Assembly (NCBI RefSeq): GCF_036971445.1
Contig: NC_091477.1
Location: forward strand, 15,128,001-15,192,000
DNA length: 64,000 bases
Direction of reading: 5' to 3'
Source: Narcine bancroftii
Taxonomy: Eukaryota
Positions 50,970 through 63,279 of this stretch are shown piece after piece. How positions within the stretch are numbered: position 1 is the first letter of the stretch; every line of letters begins with the position of its first letter. The position numbers and the translations under genes are program-made. The notes beneath the pieces are model-generated. The model made no database searches. It was not told the origin of the DNA and was given only the letters and a program-made list of their open reading frames with translations.

Positions 50970-52600
50970 ACTGTTTTTCCTTTTAAAATAGCTAAAAATC
51001 AATTTAATTATCTTGATGTCACTATTAGTAAAAATTAGAATAATCTGTTTAAAGAGAATTTTGTTTAGAAGTCCTTAGCTCAATGGTCTCCTCTTTCAAT
51101 GTCCTTAATTGGGCAAATTAATGCTGTCAAGATAAGCATTTTACTGAAGTTTTTACATATCTTCCAAGCTGTTCCTGTTTTTGTTCTAAAAACTTTTTTT
51201 GATTTGCTTGACTTAATCATTCTTCCTCATATATTTGGTAAAATAAGCATCTTCATCTTAGTAAAGTTTTCCTTCAAAATCTTAAAAAGAAAGGTAGTTT
51301 GGCACTATCTAATTTTAGATGGGCAGCTCATATTAAATGTATCATTTTTTTAAAAATCATTATAAGGACAGAATGGATGCTTTAAATTGGATTAATTCTA
51401 CAAAAAATTATTGCAATACTTTGAGTACCATTACTTTTTCAGCTTCTAAGTTAACCAATCATTTTGTTGCTAAACATACTTTGAGAATCTGGTTTCAATT
51501 TAGAAAATATTCTGGATATCAGATTTTTACTAGCTAGCCCTAATTATTCCATTATTTTCCCCTCACTTTCTGTGCAAAGAGTGGCTTTTCGTGAATGGTT
51601 TAAGTCGGGTATCCAGTCCTCAAAAAAATTATTTATATATTTAAAAATTAGCAATATTTGAACAATTGTCTTCTAAATTCAAACTATCCAAGCATCATTT
51701 CTTTAGATATGTCCAAATTAGGAGTTTTTTAAAAATTTTTTATTGTTGAGACTTCCCCAGGACATTTGTATAAATACTATAGGGATCATTTATAAATTTA
51801 AACTAAATAAAAAACAAGCTGATATCAGCTATATATGATTTATTATTAAAGTCTAGGAACAATTCCTGAGATAAGATTAAAAAGTTATGGGAGGAAGATC
51901 TTTAGTTTTCATTTTTAGATATTACTTGGAATTCTGTTTTAAAATTAGTAAATTCTTCTTCATTTTGTGACCATCACTCACTTCTACAAATTAAGGTAAT
52001 ACATCAAGCCTACTATTCAAAAGTCCAATTGGCTAAATTTTACTCCAACATTTCTTTGCAATGTGACAGGCATAGGATGGAAGAAGTTATTCTGTTATAC
52101 ATGTTCTGGTCATGTACTTCTCTTTCCCTTTTTTGGGAAGCTATTTTTCATACCTTATCTTTAGTCCTTAATGTTAATTTGTGATCAAATCCTTTAATTT
52201 CCCTATTTGAATTAGCTAAAATAACTGACTTGAATTTAACAGTCTCAATCCCATGAAATCTCCTTTGCTTCCCTTCTTGCTAGATGTTCAATACTGATGA
52301 AATGGAAGGATGCTGTTCCTCCTATTCATACTCAATGGCTAACTGATATGATGGTATGTTTAACTCTCGAAAAAAATCATATGCTCTGCAAATGTAACAA
52401 GTTTGAATTGTTTTAATTTATGGAGTCCTCTTTTATTAACTACTTTCATAATTTATAAGATTATTCAGATATTGTTTTGTGATATTAGTCCTCTCTATAT
52501 GGTAGTAAATTATATACAACTACCAACAATTTTGGAAAGGAAGGAGGTAGGTTTTGTAGAATCAGTGGTGTTCAAGGGAGGATGTTTTATGTCAGTTTTT
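50970..52600 (+). mobile_element. Decayed AT-rich L1 ORF2 3' half
   Basis: SLIGQINAVKISILLKFLHIFQAVP, TLRIWFQFRK, CDR...YMFWSC and ILMKWKD. Confidence 0.75.
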
Positions 52601-53149
52601 TTAATGAAATGGAACCATCAATAATTGAAATATAGACAAGATGTTGTGCCTTGTGGTGACCTTTCACGGTAAGTAGGTAGCTAATAATGACATCTTGCTT
52701 AATTTCTCAAGTGTGATGCTGGAAGAGGCTACTTTCTTGATCACATCAAAACACCTTTCAGGCTTTGCACTTACTAAATTAAAGTGGAAACTGGAAGTAT
52801 TAACCAGATTCTGATGCCATTTAATTGTTGAAATGTGCAGCTTAAAGTTTCCAATGTTCCATGTTCATAAGCAGCTTATCAATAAACACCACTTTGTCTT
52901 GTGTTCTTTAAGAGGATAGCCCAGATCAATGTGTCATAGAAGAGGGTGCAGGAGAGGTGCTGAGATCCTTAGATTACTGGAGTATTTAGGAAAGTGCCAT
53001 TCGTGTGGGCCCAATAGATAACTCAACAAAGCTGAGACAAATGTCCTTTCGGGAAGATTTGATATTGGGGAGGATGGCATAAGAGGGCAAAAACAAAGCA
53101 AATAACATAAAAATGATTGGGCGAGAAGAAAATAACTAAAGCAAGAAAC

Positions 53150-56100
53150 AGAAAGTTTGTAAACAAGAAGTGTGTATACAAAGGTCTCAGTTTATGATGT
53201 CAACACAAAATTTGTATTAAACAAGATTGGAGACTGTAGACATAATTAACCATGTTGAATTGCAGAATTGCATGTACGGCTGAGCCTTTCTTACTTAAAG
53301 TACAGGCATCAGTTCTACATATTGATAAATTCAATTTGTTCAGGAAAGATGGGGAAGAGAAGAAGAGAGGGGAGTGAGGTAGCGACAGTGCAGATTATGG
53401 AGAACGTTGCAGTGTTGAAGAGAGAATTTGGAGCATGATCAAGGACAGAATCAATCTGTTAAGAATAAGGAACAATTTATGTGCAACAATACTACTGGGG
53501 TCATCTGTCAGCTAGAAACTGACAGAAATTATATTGAGGAACACATTTGCAGAGAAATTGCAGTTGATAATGGGGCTTCAATAATCAAATATTACAATTT
53601 AGATAAGTATCACAAATATCAAAAGGGATGGAATAGCTGGAGAAGTCCATTCCAAGAACAAGATATTCAGTTGGAGAAGAGCCAACTTGAAAGCAAAAGG
53701 AACAGATCTGCCATGGATGTGGTTGACTTGAAGCTTGACAAGCAGAACTGACATGGAGATGCTTCCAATTCACTGTTGAGAGATTCATTTCAGGGAGGAG
53801 AGCGAAAGTAGAGCCAGAAATCAGGGATGACTAAAATATTGGAGAGTACAATGGAGCAGAAGGAAGGGACAGACTGCTGATATGCAATTTTTAACACATT
53901 AGAACCAACCTTCATTGAGAAAAGTTAATGAGGAAGTTAAAAAAATATAGAAAATAAGTGGGGAAAGAAAAAGCACATGTAAAGTTGGGCAGCAAACAGA
54001 AAGGAATCCAATATAATTCCACAGGAATATGAAGGATTATGAGAGGAAACAATGACCAGGAAAAGACCCTATTGATGGAGGACTATTGATGCAGAATAAA
54101 AGAGCATCCCTTGAACTACCTTCACAGAGAAATACGATCAGGCTAGTGATGGGTCAGCTAGGTAGCAGGTATAAAATTTAATGTAGAGAAATGTAAGGTG
54201 TTAAATTTTGTCTGGATGAATGAGAGCAGACAATCTAAATTTGACACCACAATCCTAAAAAGGGTTAAATACAGAGCTTTATTGCTCCATGTGCATAATT
54301 TACTGCAGAGAGTTGGGTAGGTTGAGAAAGTACCACGGTTAAAAAAAAAACATAGTATCCTATTGTTTATAACTCAAGAGACAGGATCAGAAGAGTGTGA
54401 CGAAACACTGATTAACTATGGCTGGAGCATTGTATCTTTTTCTGGGTGCTATTCTCCAGGAAAGATGTAGATTTAGAAGTTGGAAAGGAGAATTTTGATA
54501 AGCCATTATCTTATTGAATGGCAGAACAGCCTCAACAGGTCAGATAGCCTTCTCTTGCTTCTATTTCTTTCTTAGTTATTGAGTAAGATAATGCTGTTCT
54601 TGGAACAGAGGAGGTTGTGAGGTGATGCAATGGAGGTATTTAGAATTATTATGGGTTGCAACAGAATTGATTTAAACCAAAAGGATCCATCAAAGGAATG
54701 ATTGAGAATCAAGTGAGATAGAATGAAGGTAATTGGCAAAAGACCAAAATTGAAATGGGAAAGATTATTTTTGGAATGCATGAAGTTGGTATCTGGTAGG
54801 CCGAGCATTGCAGAAGTTGGACATTTTATGGTATGATTTGAAAAGGAGTGACAGGGAGTGAACAAAGGGAAGGGATTGGCATGGTTGCCTTGGAGTTGAT
54901 GGGCTGAATGTTCTCTGTCCATCCCATAATTACTATTCTGTAATTTTGTTATGTTTCAAGGTGCTGGACTGAAAGGATGGGCAGAGATGAGAGTTGAGTA
55001 TGGACGGTGATTGTAATATATCATTAAGTGAATTTTAACAATGCTTCCATGTATGCAACAAAGTTGGTCAAAAATTTAAGAACAGATGAATGCCGCTTGA
55101 TAGATATTTAATGATACTATGCGAGTGTTGCATCTACAGAAATTGAGTGGGGGGAATAAATAATAGAAAATAAAGAGATGTCAGTGGATTCAACCTTCAC
55201 TTTCGAGGATACAAGGAACATCTAGAATAATTCCAAATTGGGAATCAGAAGAGGAGACAGAGCTCAGGAAAATGTCAATCTTCCAGGAAGTGACCTGGAG
55301 TATATTGATGAAGCAGGTGACTGACAAGTTATTAGGTCCAGATGGACTTCATCCCAGAGATTTAAAATAAGTGGCAAATGAGATGGTTGATGCGTGGCTT
55401 TTAATTTTTAATTTTAAATTGTAAAGAGGGCAGGAGAATAACAGAAAGTAAAAGGCGTTAGTCAATGGACAAAGATCTGGCAAATGATGTGGGAAAATGT
55501 GAAATTGACTATTTTGACAAAAAAAAGAAACAAATTGCCTCATTGTTAAGAGATTGTAGACTTCTGAGGACCTGTGTGTCCTTGTGCATGACTTGTAAAA
55601 GCTAATATGCAGCAAATAATTCAGAAACCTAAAAGAACGTTCTTAATTCCTCCAAGGGGAATACCGTACTTCAGCTTTGTGAATTGGCAAAACCAAATCT
55701 TGAGTGCCGCACATGGTAATAGTTTCCTTCTTTAAGGAAAGGTATTAATACATTGTAAGGAGTTCAGAAGGATGACTCAATTAATACCTGAAAGGAAATA
55801 TTGGCTTGATAGAAATGCATTAGATCCTGAAGAACCTTGAAAGGGTCAATGAGGAGACAATGTTTAATCTTGTGATGATTGACCTTGAGCGTGAAGATTT
55901 AAGAACAAAGCCAGTTGGGACAGAGATGAGTCTTTTTTTTTCCTGAGAGGAACTTTAGAGCCCTCAAAGAGTGGTGGAAGCAGAATGTTTTGAATATTTT
56001 GGGGCAGAAGTAGATAGATTCTTGATACCTGATGAAGGGCCCAGGATGGGTATGTTGGTTACCTTTTACTTCCTATGGATGCTGCATTACCTGCTGAGTT

Positions 56101-56240
56101 TCTCCAGCACGTTTGTATATTGGATTCTTAATAAGCCAGGTACGAGAAGGAGAAGGCAGGAATGTGGACAAAGTAACAGTCAATCAGTTGTGACCTCATT
56201 TAAATGCAGAGCAGGCTCAAGAGGGTGTCAGCATCTCTTT
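53150..56240 (+). mobile_element. Cluster of old CR1 fragments (endonuclease, RT and 3' pieces)
   Basis: Endonuclease-like remnants at 53150-53760, AATTTAATGTAGAGAAATGTAAGGTG (FNVEKCKV), GGTCCAGATGGACTTCATCCCAG (GPDGLHP), and several CR1 tails. Confidence 0.6.
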
Positions 56241-57651
56241 TTCCATTCATGCACATCCATTTGTATGTCACGTACGCCTATTTCCATTGTTGACTCAATT
56301 TGCAGACCATTCTCCCCATTTCTGCTGGCCTGCTACTGTTCATCAAATGACTGTGCTTTTGTTATCTCATTACGATCTTCTTCACAAATATTTCCATTGT
56401 AGGATTTTGTGGAGGACATTGACCCTGTGAAAAATCTGAAGTGGACCTCTAATTTATGATCTGAAAGTTTTCTTTGGAAATAAAAACATAAACAATCCAC
56501 TAAAACCACTCTGTCCTCTCTCTGCCTCAAGATGTATAAAGAATCAGCCCATGTAATGCTGAATCTCAATCAACCGTTTTGTGCCATTAGTGAAAATCAC
56601 CTAACCATCTATAAATTATAAATTATGGGAAGAAATTGTATTAACTGGGATTAATAAACTGTTGCCATGTAAAGCTTGCTTCATTGATTTCAAGAATTAA
56701 AATTCTTTTTAAAAATTTGGCCTTAGGTTTTTTCTTTGTATTTCTGCTTCATAGAGAGGATAGGACATCTGGGGAAAAAGAGATTGGATAAATGATAAAT
56801 GAAATTTGGGATTAGTATGTGCTTGTGGAGCCAATTGATTTTTTTTTTCTTCTCTGTAACCAGGGAGAATGAGAACTTTGGCTAACAAAAAACTGGATAT
56901 TTGAGTAAATTTTGTTCATCTGAAAATGTTAGACAGAAGTATGGTATCTTGAAGGCTATTATGATGAAGGCTTAGGTCATTAACTATTACAGACTATCTG
57001 CTACATGTTTCTCCATTCTGTCTCAAAAAATACAACTGTAACACAGAGCCCTGGAATATATCAACATTTTCTATTGTAAAGGCTCCTGCAATTATCTTGT
57101 GAATGGAAGAAATGTGTCATGCACTGTTTGCAAATGGCAATTTCTTAATGTTAATTACAACAATCAGTCTTTCAACCCTCAAAGTGTCTAAATATTGCAA
57201 CTTAGATATCACACCACCTGAGTTAATGAAATTCATTGCTCTTTAAAGGCCTACTGGAATGCAATTGTGGTGATTATAATAGCACAATACAACTCGTACT
57301 AGATTTTTGTCAGGCACCTATCTACCTATATATCTTTATTCCCGATGGCTCAAAATGTTGTCCACCTTGTACTTCCTCTGGGTGCTGCTTGACATGCTGA
57401 GGAGCTTCTCCACCACTTCTGTATATTGCACTGAACCCCAGCCTCTGAAGATTTTCTTGTTCAAGCATTCTCCGGTACATCATCACTTGGAGCACTGTCA
57501 AATCTCAGGGTTCTTTTTTTTCAATTTTCCATTGTCTGTGATTTAACTCGAGGTCAGTCCTCTCGTTCTCCTGGTTGCAGCAAATTTAGTTGCCAATCCT
57601 GTATGTGATCTCCTGATATTAAATGCAAGCTTTGTCCAAGGATGAAGGTGG

Positions 57652-58423
57652 CTTCAAGAACAATATTGGTCAAAATTGTTCTCTGATAACATGACATCAT
57701 TTATTAATGACAGATATAGATTGGTACAATACAATTTTATGCACCAATTATACCTTACACTGCAAAATTACACGGTTTAAAATCTGAAATTCTGGAGACG
57801 TGTTTTAGGTGTGATAGAGAGATTGAGACATTCAACCTGGCTCTGTGTGAAAGTAAGATCCTTTTAGTATGACTTGGCATAAATTTTGAAAAAAAAATAT
57901 AGAAGTAGATTTTCCATTGGAACCAGAACTGTATTTATTGAGCAAACTTACCATTATTGGCACAGAACTATCAAAATATCAAATACAGTTTGTGAGGATT
58001 GCACTAGCAGTGGCCAGGAGATGTACTGCTGTTACCTGGAGGTCCAATTCCCCCCCCCCCCCCCCACCGACTTATTATTTGCTGGAAAAGATACCCAGTA
58101 ACTTATAACCTTAGAAAGAAATATGACATGCTTGTTAAAATATGGCAACTTTATTTGAATCATACTGGTTTAAGGATATAATTAACTTCCCTGAAAAGGC
58201 TCAAATAATATACTTAGGTTAATAGCGTTGAATTCCTCAAGATCTGGATGAATTACTGAAGGAATGCTCAAACACCCTTTTCCTTTTTTATATATTAGCA
58301 TTTGGGAGGAGGGGGTGAGATTTGGGGAATCATATCTGACTGTAATTTTAAAATACAATGTATATGATGTATGTAATAATGTTCAATATGAGTCTAGTAA
58401 GAATTAAAATATTCAAAAAAAAA
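57652..58423 (+). mobile_element. 5'-truncated L1 3' end with 11-bp TSD
   Basis: TSD GATGAAGGTGG at 57641-57651 and 58424-58434. CFRCDREIETF and IALAVARRCTAVTW are similar to 40360-40615. A tail present. Confidence 0.82.
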
Positions 58424-58961
58424 GATGAAGGTGGTTTTGGTAGGTGTCCTGGGTATATTGTCCACGAATTAGTTTAAACATGGCTGGCTGTAAAATAAGT
58501 GAAACTAAGAGAGCACAAATAGTTATTTGGACAAAATCATTAAAATTGCTAACTTGTTGACCATCAGTGCAGTTCATGATATTCCATCCTAATTAACATG
58601 ACCATTTTTTTCTTGTAAATGTTTTTCAACATTCTTTTAATTCACTGATTTCATTGTTTATTATCACTTATGCCAAGATGCAATGAAAGCCTTTGTTTTG
58701 TGTACTATCCAGATGAATCAACTTCTTCTTAAGTACAATGCAATAATAAAACTAAAGTACAGGGTGTAAGTCAAAATTTGCAGGATATAGTGTTTAAAGA
58801 CAAAGTGAAGGATATAGAGAAAAGTATAGATAAAACAGTGTATCTGAATAAGATACTTGCCATGAACATCCATAAAAATTAAAAATTGGTATGAGATCTC
58901 AAGGACACGCTGAATTTCCCTCAGGTTCTAATGAAGAAGAGCCCTCTGTTCATTTTCTTAG

Positions 58962-59304
58962 TGTTGAGGGTTATATGTTATATTATATAAATATGTTTTT
59001 AAAAGATTGTGGGGAGTTTAATGTGTGGTTAATTTCATAAAAAAACAGTAAGACTTCACAAAAGACATCTCATTTAAATTGCAAGAGCTTTTCAGAAAGA
59101 GGGACTTCATGTCCACAGTGACTTTGGAGAAACTTTGAAGAAGGCCTATGGAGACTTCACAAGTAGGTGTTAATTGGACTGATGTTGTCGAGTCAATGGA
59201 CTATTATTTTGAAAGCAAAAGATGGCCAGGCAGAAATTGATTCTGGTGCCGCAATTTGTCTGGTCACTGTTTGCTGTTCTAAGAGGGGTCATGTGGTTTT
59301 GCAT

Positions 59305-59344
<40 letters not shown>

Positions 59345-59966
59345 CTGACTTCTTCAGTGGCCTTTGAAAGCTTGTGGAAAACCCCGCTTTGAAGATGGGT
59401 TGCGAGTCCTGTTGAAAAATCCTTCTAGTCCTTAAAGAGGAAATAGATGGCTAGAATGTTCTCCAGAAACAAGGGAAATAAAGTAACTCTGTGGTGACCT
59501 GGAAGAGAGGTTATCATTTGGAAAACCCATTATGGGGAAAGTTTCTTCGGCAAGACACTGAAGTGGCTCGTTGGAGGGAATCAATTTGTATGTGTCCAAT
59601 GAGCAACAAATCTCTCTCTGAAACCCACTAGAATTTTCCTGAGTGGTAACTATTTACCTTTAAGCACAAGAGCCTGGTGGAACTTCATAAATGTTAAATT
59701 CTGTGCATAGTATAAGAATTGCCTGATACCAGTGAGCTTGGAGAAGTGAGAAGTGAATGACTGGACTATGAATCAAAAAACTTTCCTGAACATATACACA
59801 TGTGCTTAGAATTAGAAGGAGGTTAAGTTAAGTTAATAGTAATAAGTTAAAGTTTATTCCAGTTTTTATGTTTAAAGAAAACTAAAAGCAACTTGTGTTA
59901 AAGTAACCATTTATCTTGGTGAATTTCTATTGCTGCTGGGATTTGGGGTCCTCTGGGTCCATAACC
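58962..59966 (+). mobile_element. Probable solo LTR, ~1 kb
   Basis: Begins TGTT and ends ...GGGGTCCTCTGGGTCCATAAC(C), with imperfect flanking duplication CTTAG/CTTAA. Non-coding. Internal (AG)16 at 59309-59340. Confidence 0.45.
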
Positions 59967-60109
59967 TTAATGTCAGTGTGTTTTGATCAGGTCAGTTATT
60001 AATGACATTTACTCCTGAGAACTTGAAGCTTTCCAACATTTCCACTGTTGATTTGAATGCCATTTTAATTCTCCATATTGCTCCCATTCCAACCTTTCCA
60101 TATTTAGCC

Positions 60110-60560
60110 ACTTCAGCTGTTCTAATGTAATTTTGAGGAACAATCCCTCATCTCCTAACTGCTGTATCACAGCATTTTAGTCTCAGCATTGAATTCTCCA
60201 ATTTCAGATAATCAGTCATTCCAGACTTGTACCTCTCTTTTCCAGCAATCAGTTTTTCTTCCTCTGTCCTTTTTTTGGTATATCATACAGGATTTTATCC
60301 TTTACCTCCAATGGGCATTATGGCCGGATGAAACTTTGCTATCTTCCTTTGCCATCTGTTGTATCGTTCATGTTCTCCTGGTGTGCACCCTACCTTAGAC
60401 CTACTCTTTGTTCTCTCTGCCCTTTCCCCTCTCCTTTCACGACAGCTTAAACATTTATTTTGAACTTTTCCCAAGGACATTGAACAGAAATGCAAATTCT
60501 CTTTCTTCTTCCACACACCCTTCCTAACCTGCTGAGTGTATGTAATATTTTCTGTGACTA
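60110..60560 (+). mobile_element. Decayed Penelope-like 3' region
   Basis: GAGGAACAATCCCTCATCTCC...CTCAGCATTGAATTCTCCAATTTCAG (EEQxLI...SIEFSNF) and the ACCTGCTGAGT motif, which also occurs at ~21990, ~56090 and (reverse) ~63300. Confidence 0.55.
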
Positions 60561-60616
60561 ATAGTTGCTAAATTCACATGAGCTACCTTCATCCATACCA
60601 TAACTTGATATAGATG

Positions 60617-60812
60617 TATAGTAAAACCCTGCTTATCCGGATTTCAAGCAACTGGCAACCTCAAGTAGCCAGCAAAAAAAAAGGGGAAAATAAAATAAAT
60701 AAGAAAATAATACGGAAGTTTAAAATTGGCACGCCTCACTGTTTGTTCACCAGTCGCACAACACGGAATTTCCAGCAACCATAAAATTACTGGATCCTGA
60801 GGTTTTACTCTG
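60617..60812 (+). mobile_element. Tigger-like MITE
   Basis: TATAGTAAAACCCTGCTTATCCGGATTTCAAGCAACTGG...GAGGTTTTACT. Confidence 0.65.
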
Positions 60813-61323
60813 AGAATAGGAACAAATTTTCAGATAAATTGAAATAAATTTGGCAACCAATCAGACAAAACATTTAAAAAAAATCTAATAGTCTTCAATG
60901 GCAAAGGAAATCCTCCAGATTGCAGAGAGGGCTTCTGGTTTTCTGTGCCATATTTTGCTGAGTTTGTAACCATAGGAAAGCAGATGGGAGTTACAATCAG
61001 TTAGTGGAACAAGTGTGTGTTAGTTTTTCTTTACATTTGGTTATTGCCTGAAGTTTAATTAATCAAGTTGAATCCTGATAAATATGTAAACAGCTTGCCA
61101 AAAATATATATAATTGCAAAGAGAGTAATTTGCAAGTCTTTATATACAGGCTATTATTCACTCAGCAATTAGATCAAGCACGCCACTATAAAGCACTTAT
61201 AAATAACGTAGTTTGCTCATAACTGATTGTACTTCAAAACTCCAAATGAGATATTCTGTAGGTTACTTTCTTTCAATCTTTGTGAATAACGCAAATGAAT
61301 TATTGAGGAAATTTTATGAACTT

Positions 61324-61788
61324 AAATGATGAATTGTGTATGATTAGGGAATGAGGGTGCATGTGTGGGAAATGATGAATTGTGTATGATTAAGGAATGA
61401 GGGTGCATGTGTGGGAAATTATGAATTGTGTATGATTAGTGAATGAGGATGCATGTGTGGGAAATGATGAATTGTGTATGATTAGTGAATGAGGGTGCAT
61501 GTGTGGGAAATGATGAATTGTGCATGATTAGGGAATGAGGGTGCATGTGTGGGAAATTATGAATTGTGTATGATTAGGGAATGAGGGTGCATGTGTGGGA
61601 AATGATGAATTGTGTATGATTAGGGAATGAGGGTGCATGTGTGGGAAATGATGAATTGTGTATCATTAGGGAATGAGGGTGCATGTGTGGGAAATGATGA
61701 ATTGTGTATGATTAGGGAATGAGGGTGCATGTGTGGGAAATGATGAATTGTGTATGATTAGGGAATGAGGGTGCATGTGTGGGAAATG
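61324..61788 (+). repeat. Minisatellite, 10 copies of a 46-bp unit
   Basis: Consensus AAATGATGAATTGTGTATGATTAGGGAATGAGGGTGCATGTGTGGG. Units start every 46 bp from 61324, each with 0-3 substitutions. Confidence 0.98.
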
Positions 61789-62039
61789 TATCTTTGAATT
61801 TTGCAACCAATTACCATGAATAAATTGTGTTATTTTTATAGATCAGGATAATATTGGCTAATAAACCGAAAACCTATAATTTTTGTTTGACTCTGAGTGT
61901 TGACTGTTACTGCATTAATTTCATGGATAGAAATTCACGAAAAAAAAACTCAAATTGAAGAAGAGGTAAATATTTCCACTTTACTTGTGTCAAATACTAT
62001 ATGTACAAAGCCTCTCTGTAATTTTACAGTATTACCACT

Positions 62040-63060
62040 TTCTGCCCTGACGCTCAGCTGTAGTTCTCCGAACACTTTTAAAGTGCTTCTAATAGTCGTT
62101 CTGAGAACCTGCCTCCACCACTCATTCAGTCAGAATGTTTCAGAGACTTACTTCCACAGCCACGTGTCCTTCCTGGCTACTTCCCTCCGCCAACTACCTG
62201 AACCTTTATAAACTTGTCTTCTGGTTTTAGACTCCTCTGCCTTGGGGACTAGCATCTTCACACCTCCCCTGCCACTCATAATTTTGTATTCATCTATTCC
62301 ACCACCACCTCCCACTCCCTCCAATGCTTTCTCCACTCAAGATAAACAACCTCAGCCTTTCCAGAATATCCTAATAACTGAAATACTCTTATCCCAGGCA
62401 ACCTCCTGCTAAATCTCCTCTCCAATTTAATCAAGCCATTTATCTAATGTGGTGACCAGAAGTGCACATGGAAAACAATTTATGACCTAAGCAAAATATT
62501 ATGATGAAGTTATTCCATAATCTCCCAGCTCTTATATTGTCTACCCCAGCTAATGAAGACAATTGTACCATGTGCCTTTTTCACCATCTTAAAACCCAAC
62601 ACCCAACCCCAACCAACCAATTTTCCCCTGCAACCGCTGCAATCGTGTCTGCCTGTCCCGCATCGGACTTGTCAGCCACAAACGAGCCTGCAGCTGACGT
62701 GGACTTTTTACCCCCTCCATAAATCTTCGTCCGCGAAGCCAAGCCAAAGAGAAAGAATCTACCTGTACTGCCACCTTCAGGGGTCCTTGGACTTGTACAC
62801 CATGGTCTGACTTCCCCTTACTACTCATTAAGGCCACATCATTCATTGTATGTGCCCTAATTGGTTTCTTCAGCCCCCCCCCACCACACCCCACCCCACC
62901 CCACCCAACCACATACCCCACCCAACCACATACCCCATTCTTCTGAGATTACAATTCCATTGCAATTGCTCACCTCACATCACCAATTGATCAATTGTAG
63001 CCTCATTATCATCCTTGTTATCTGCAACATCAATTATTTTCATGTACATCTGCAAAGATT
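62040..63060 (-). mobile_element. Old CR1 fragment interrupted by an RTE tail and a C-rich tract
   Basis: ATCCCAGGCAACCTCCTGCTAAATCTCCTC, GGTGACCAGAAGTGCACA and ACATCTGCAAA (reverse FADV). Confidence 0.7.
62590..62758 (+). mobile_element. RTE LINE extreme 3' end
   Basis: PIFPCNRCNRVCLSRIGLVSHKRAC-coding stretch and 3' end CCATAAATCTTCGTCCGCGAAGCCAAGCCAAAGA. Reverse complement of the ends at 25455 and 32935. Confidence 0.92.
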
Positions 63061-63279
63061 AACAAGAAAGTATGTCTGGGATGGGGAATGAAGTTAAATA
63101 GGGATCTGTTTTGTCCTTCTGTCAATTGAGAAACTGGCCTTCATTAACCAGGGCATAGAAAATAAGGATGTGAAAGACATGGTGCAACTATATAAAACTG
63201 TGATTAGGCCACAGGTGGGGATCTGTGTGTGATTCAGGTCGCTACACAATGTGAGGCTCGTGAATATATCTGAGATATT

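Noticed and set aside
61324-61788. CRISPR array or tandem C/D snoRNA cluster (ATGATGA looks like a C box)
   Set aside because: The units are contiguous with no unique spacers, there are no cas genes, and the context is a vertebrate intron. There is no CTGA D box or terminal stem.
62870-62940. C-rich tract with a 17-bp duplication as a regulatory G-quadruplex
   Set aside because: It is a simple low-complexity expansion inside a dead CR1, and similar G/C runs are scattered through the window.
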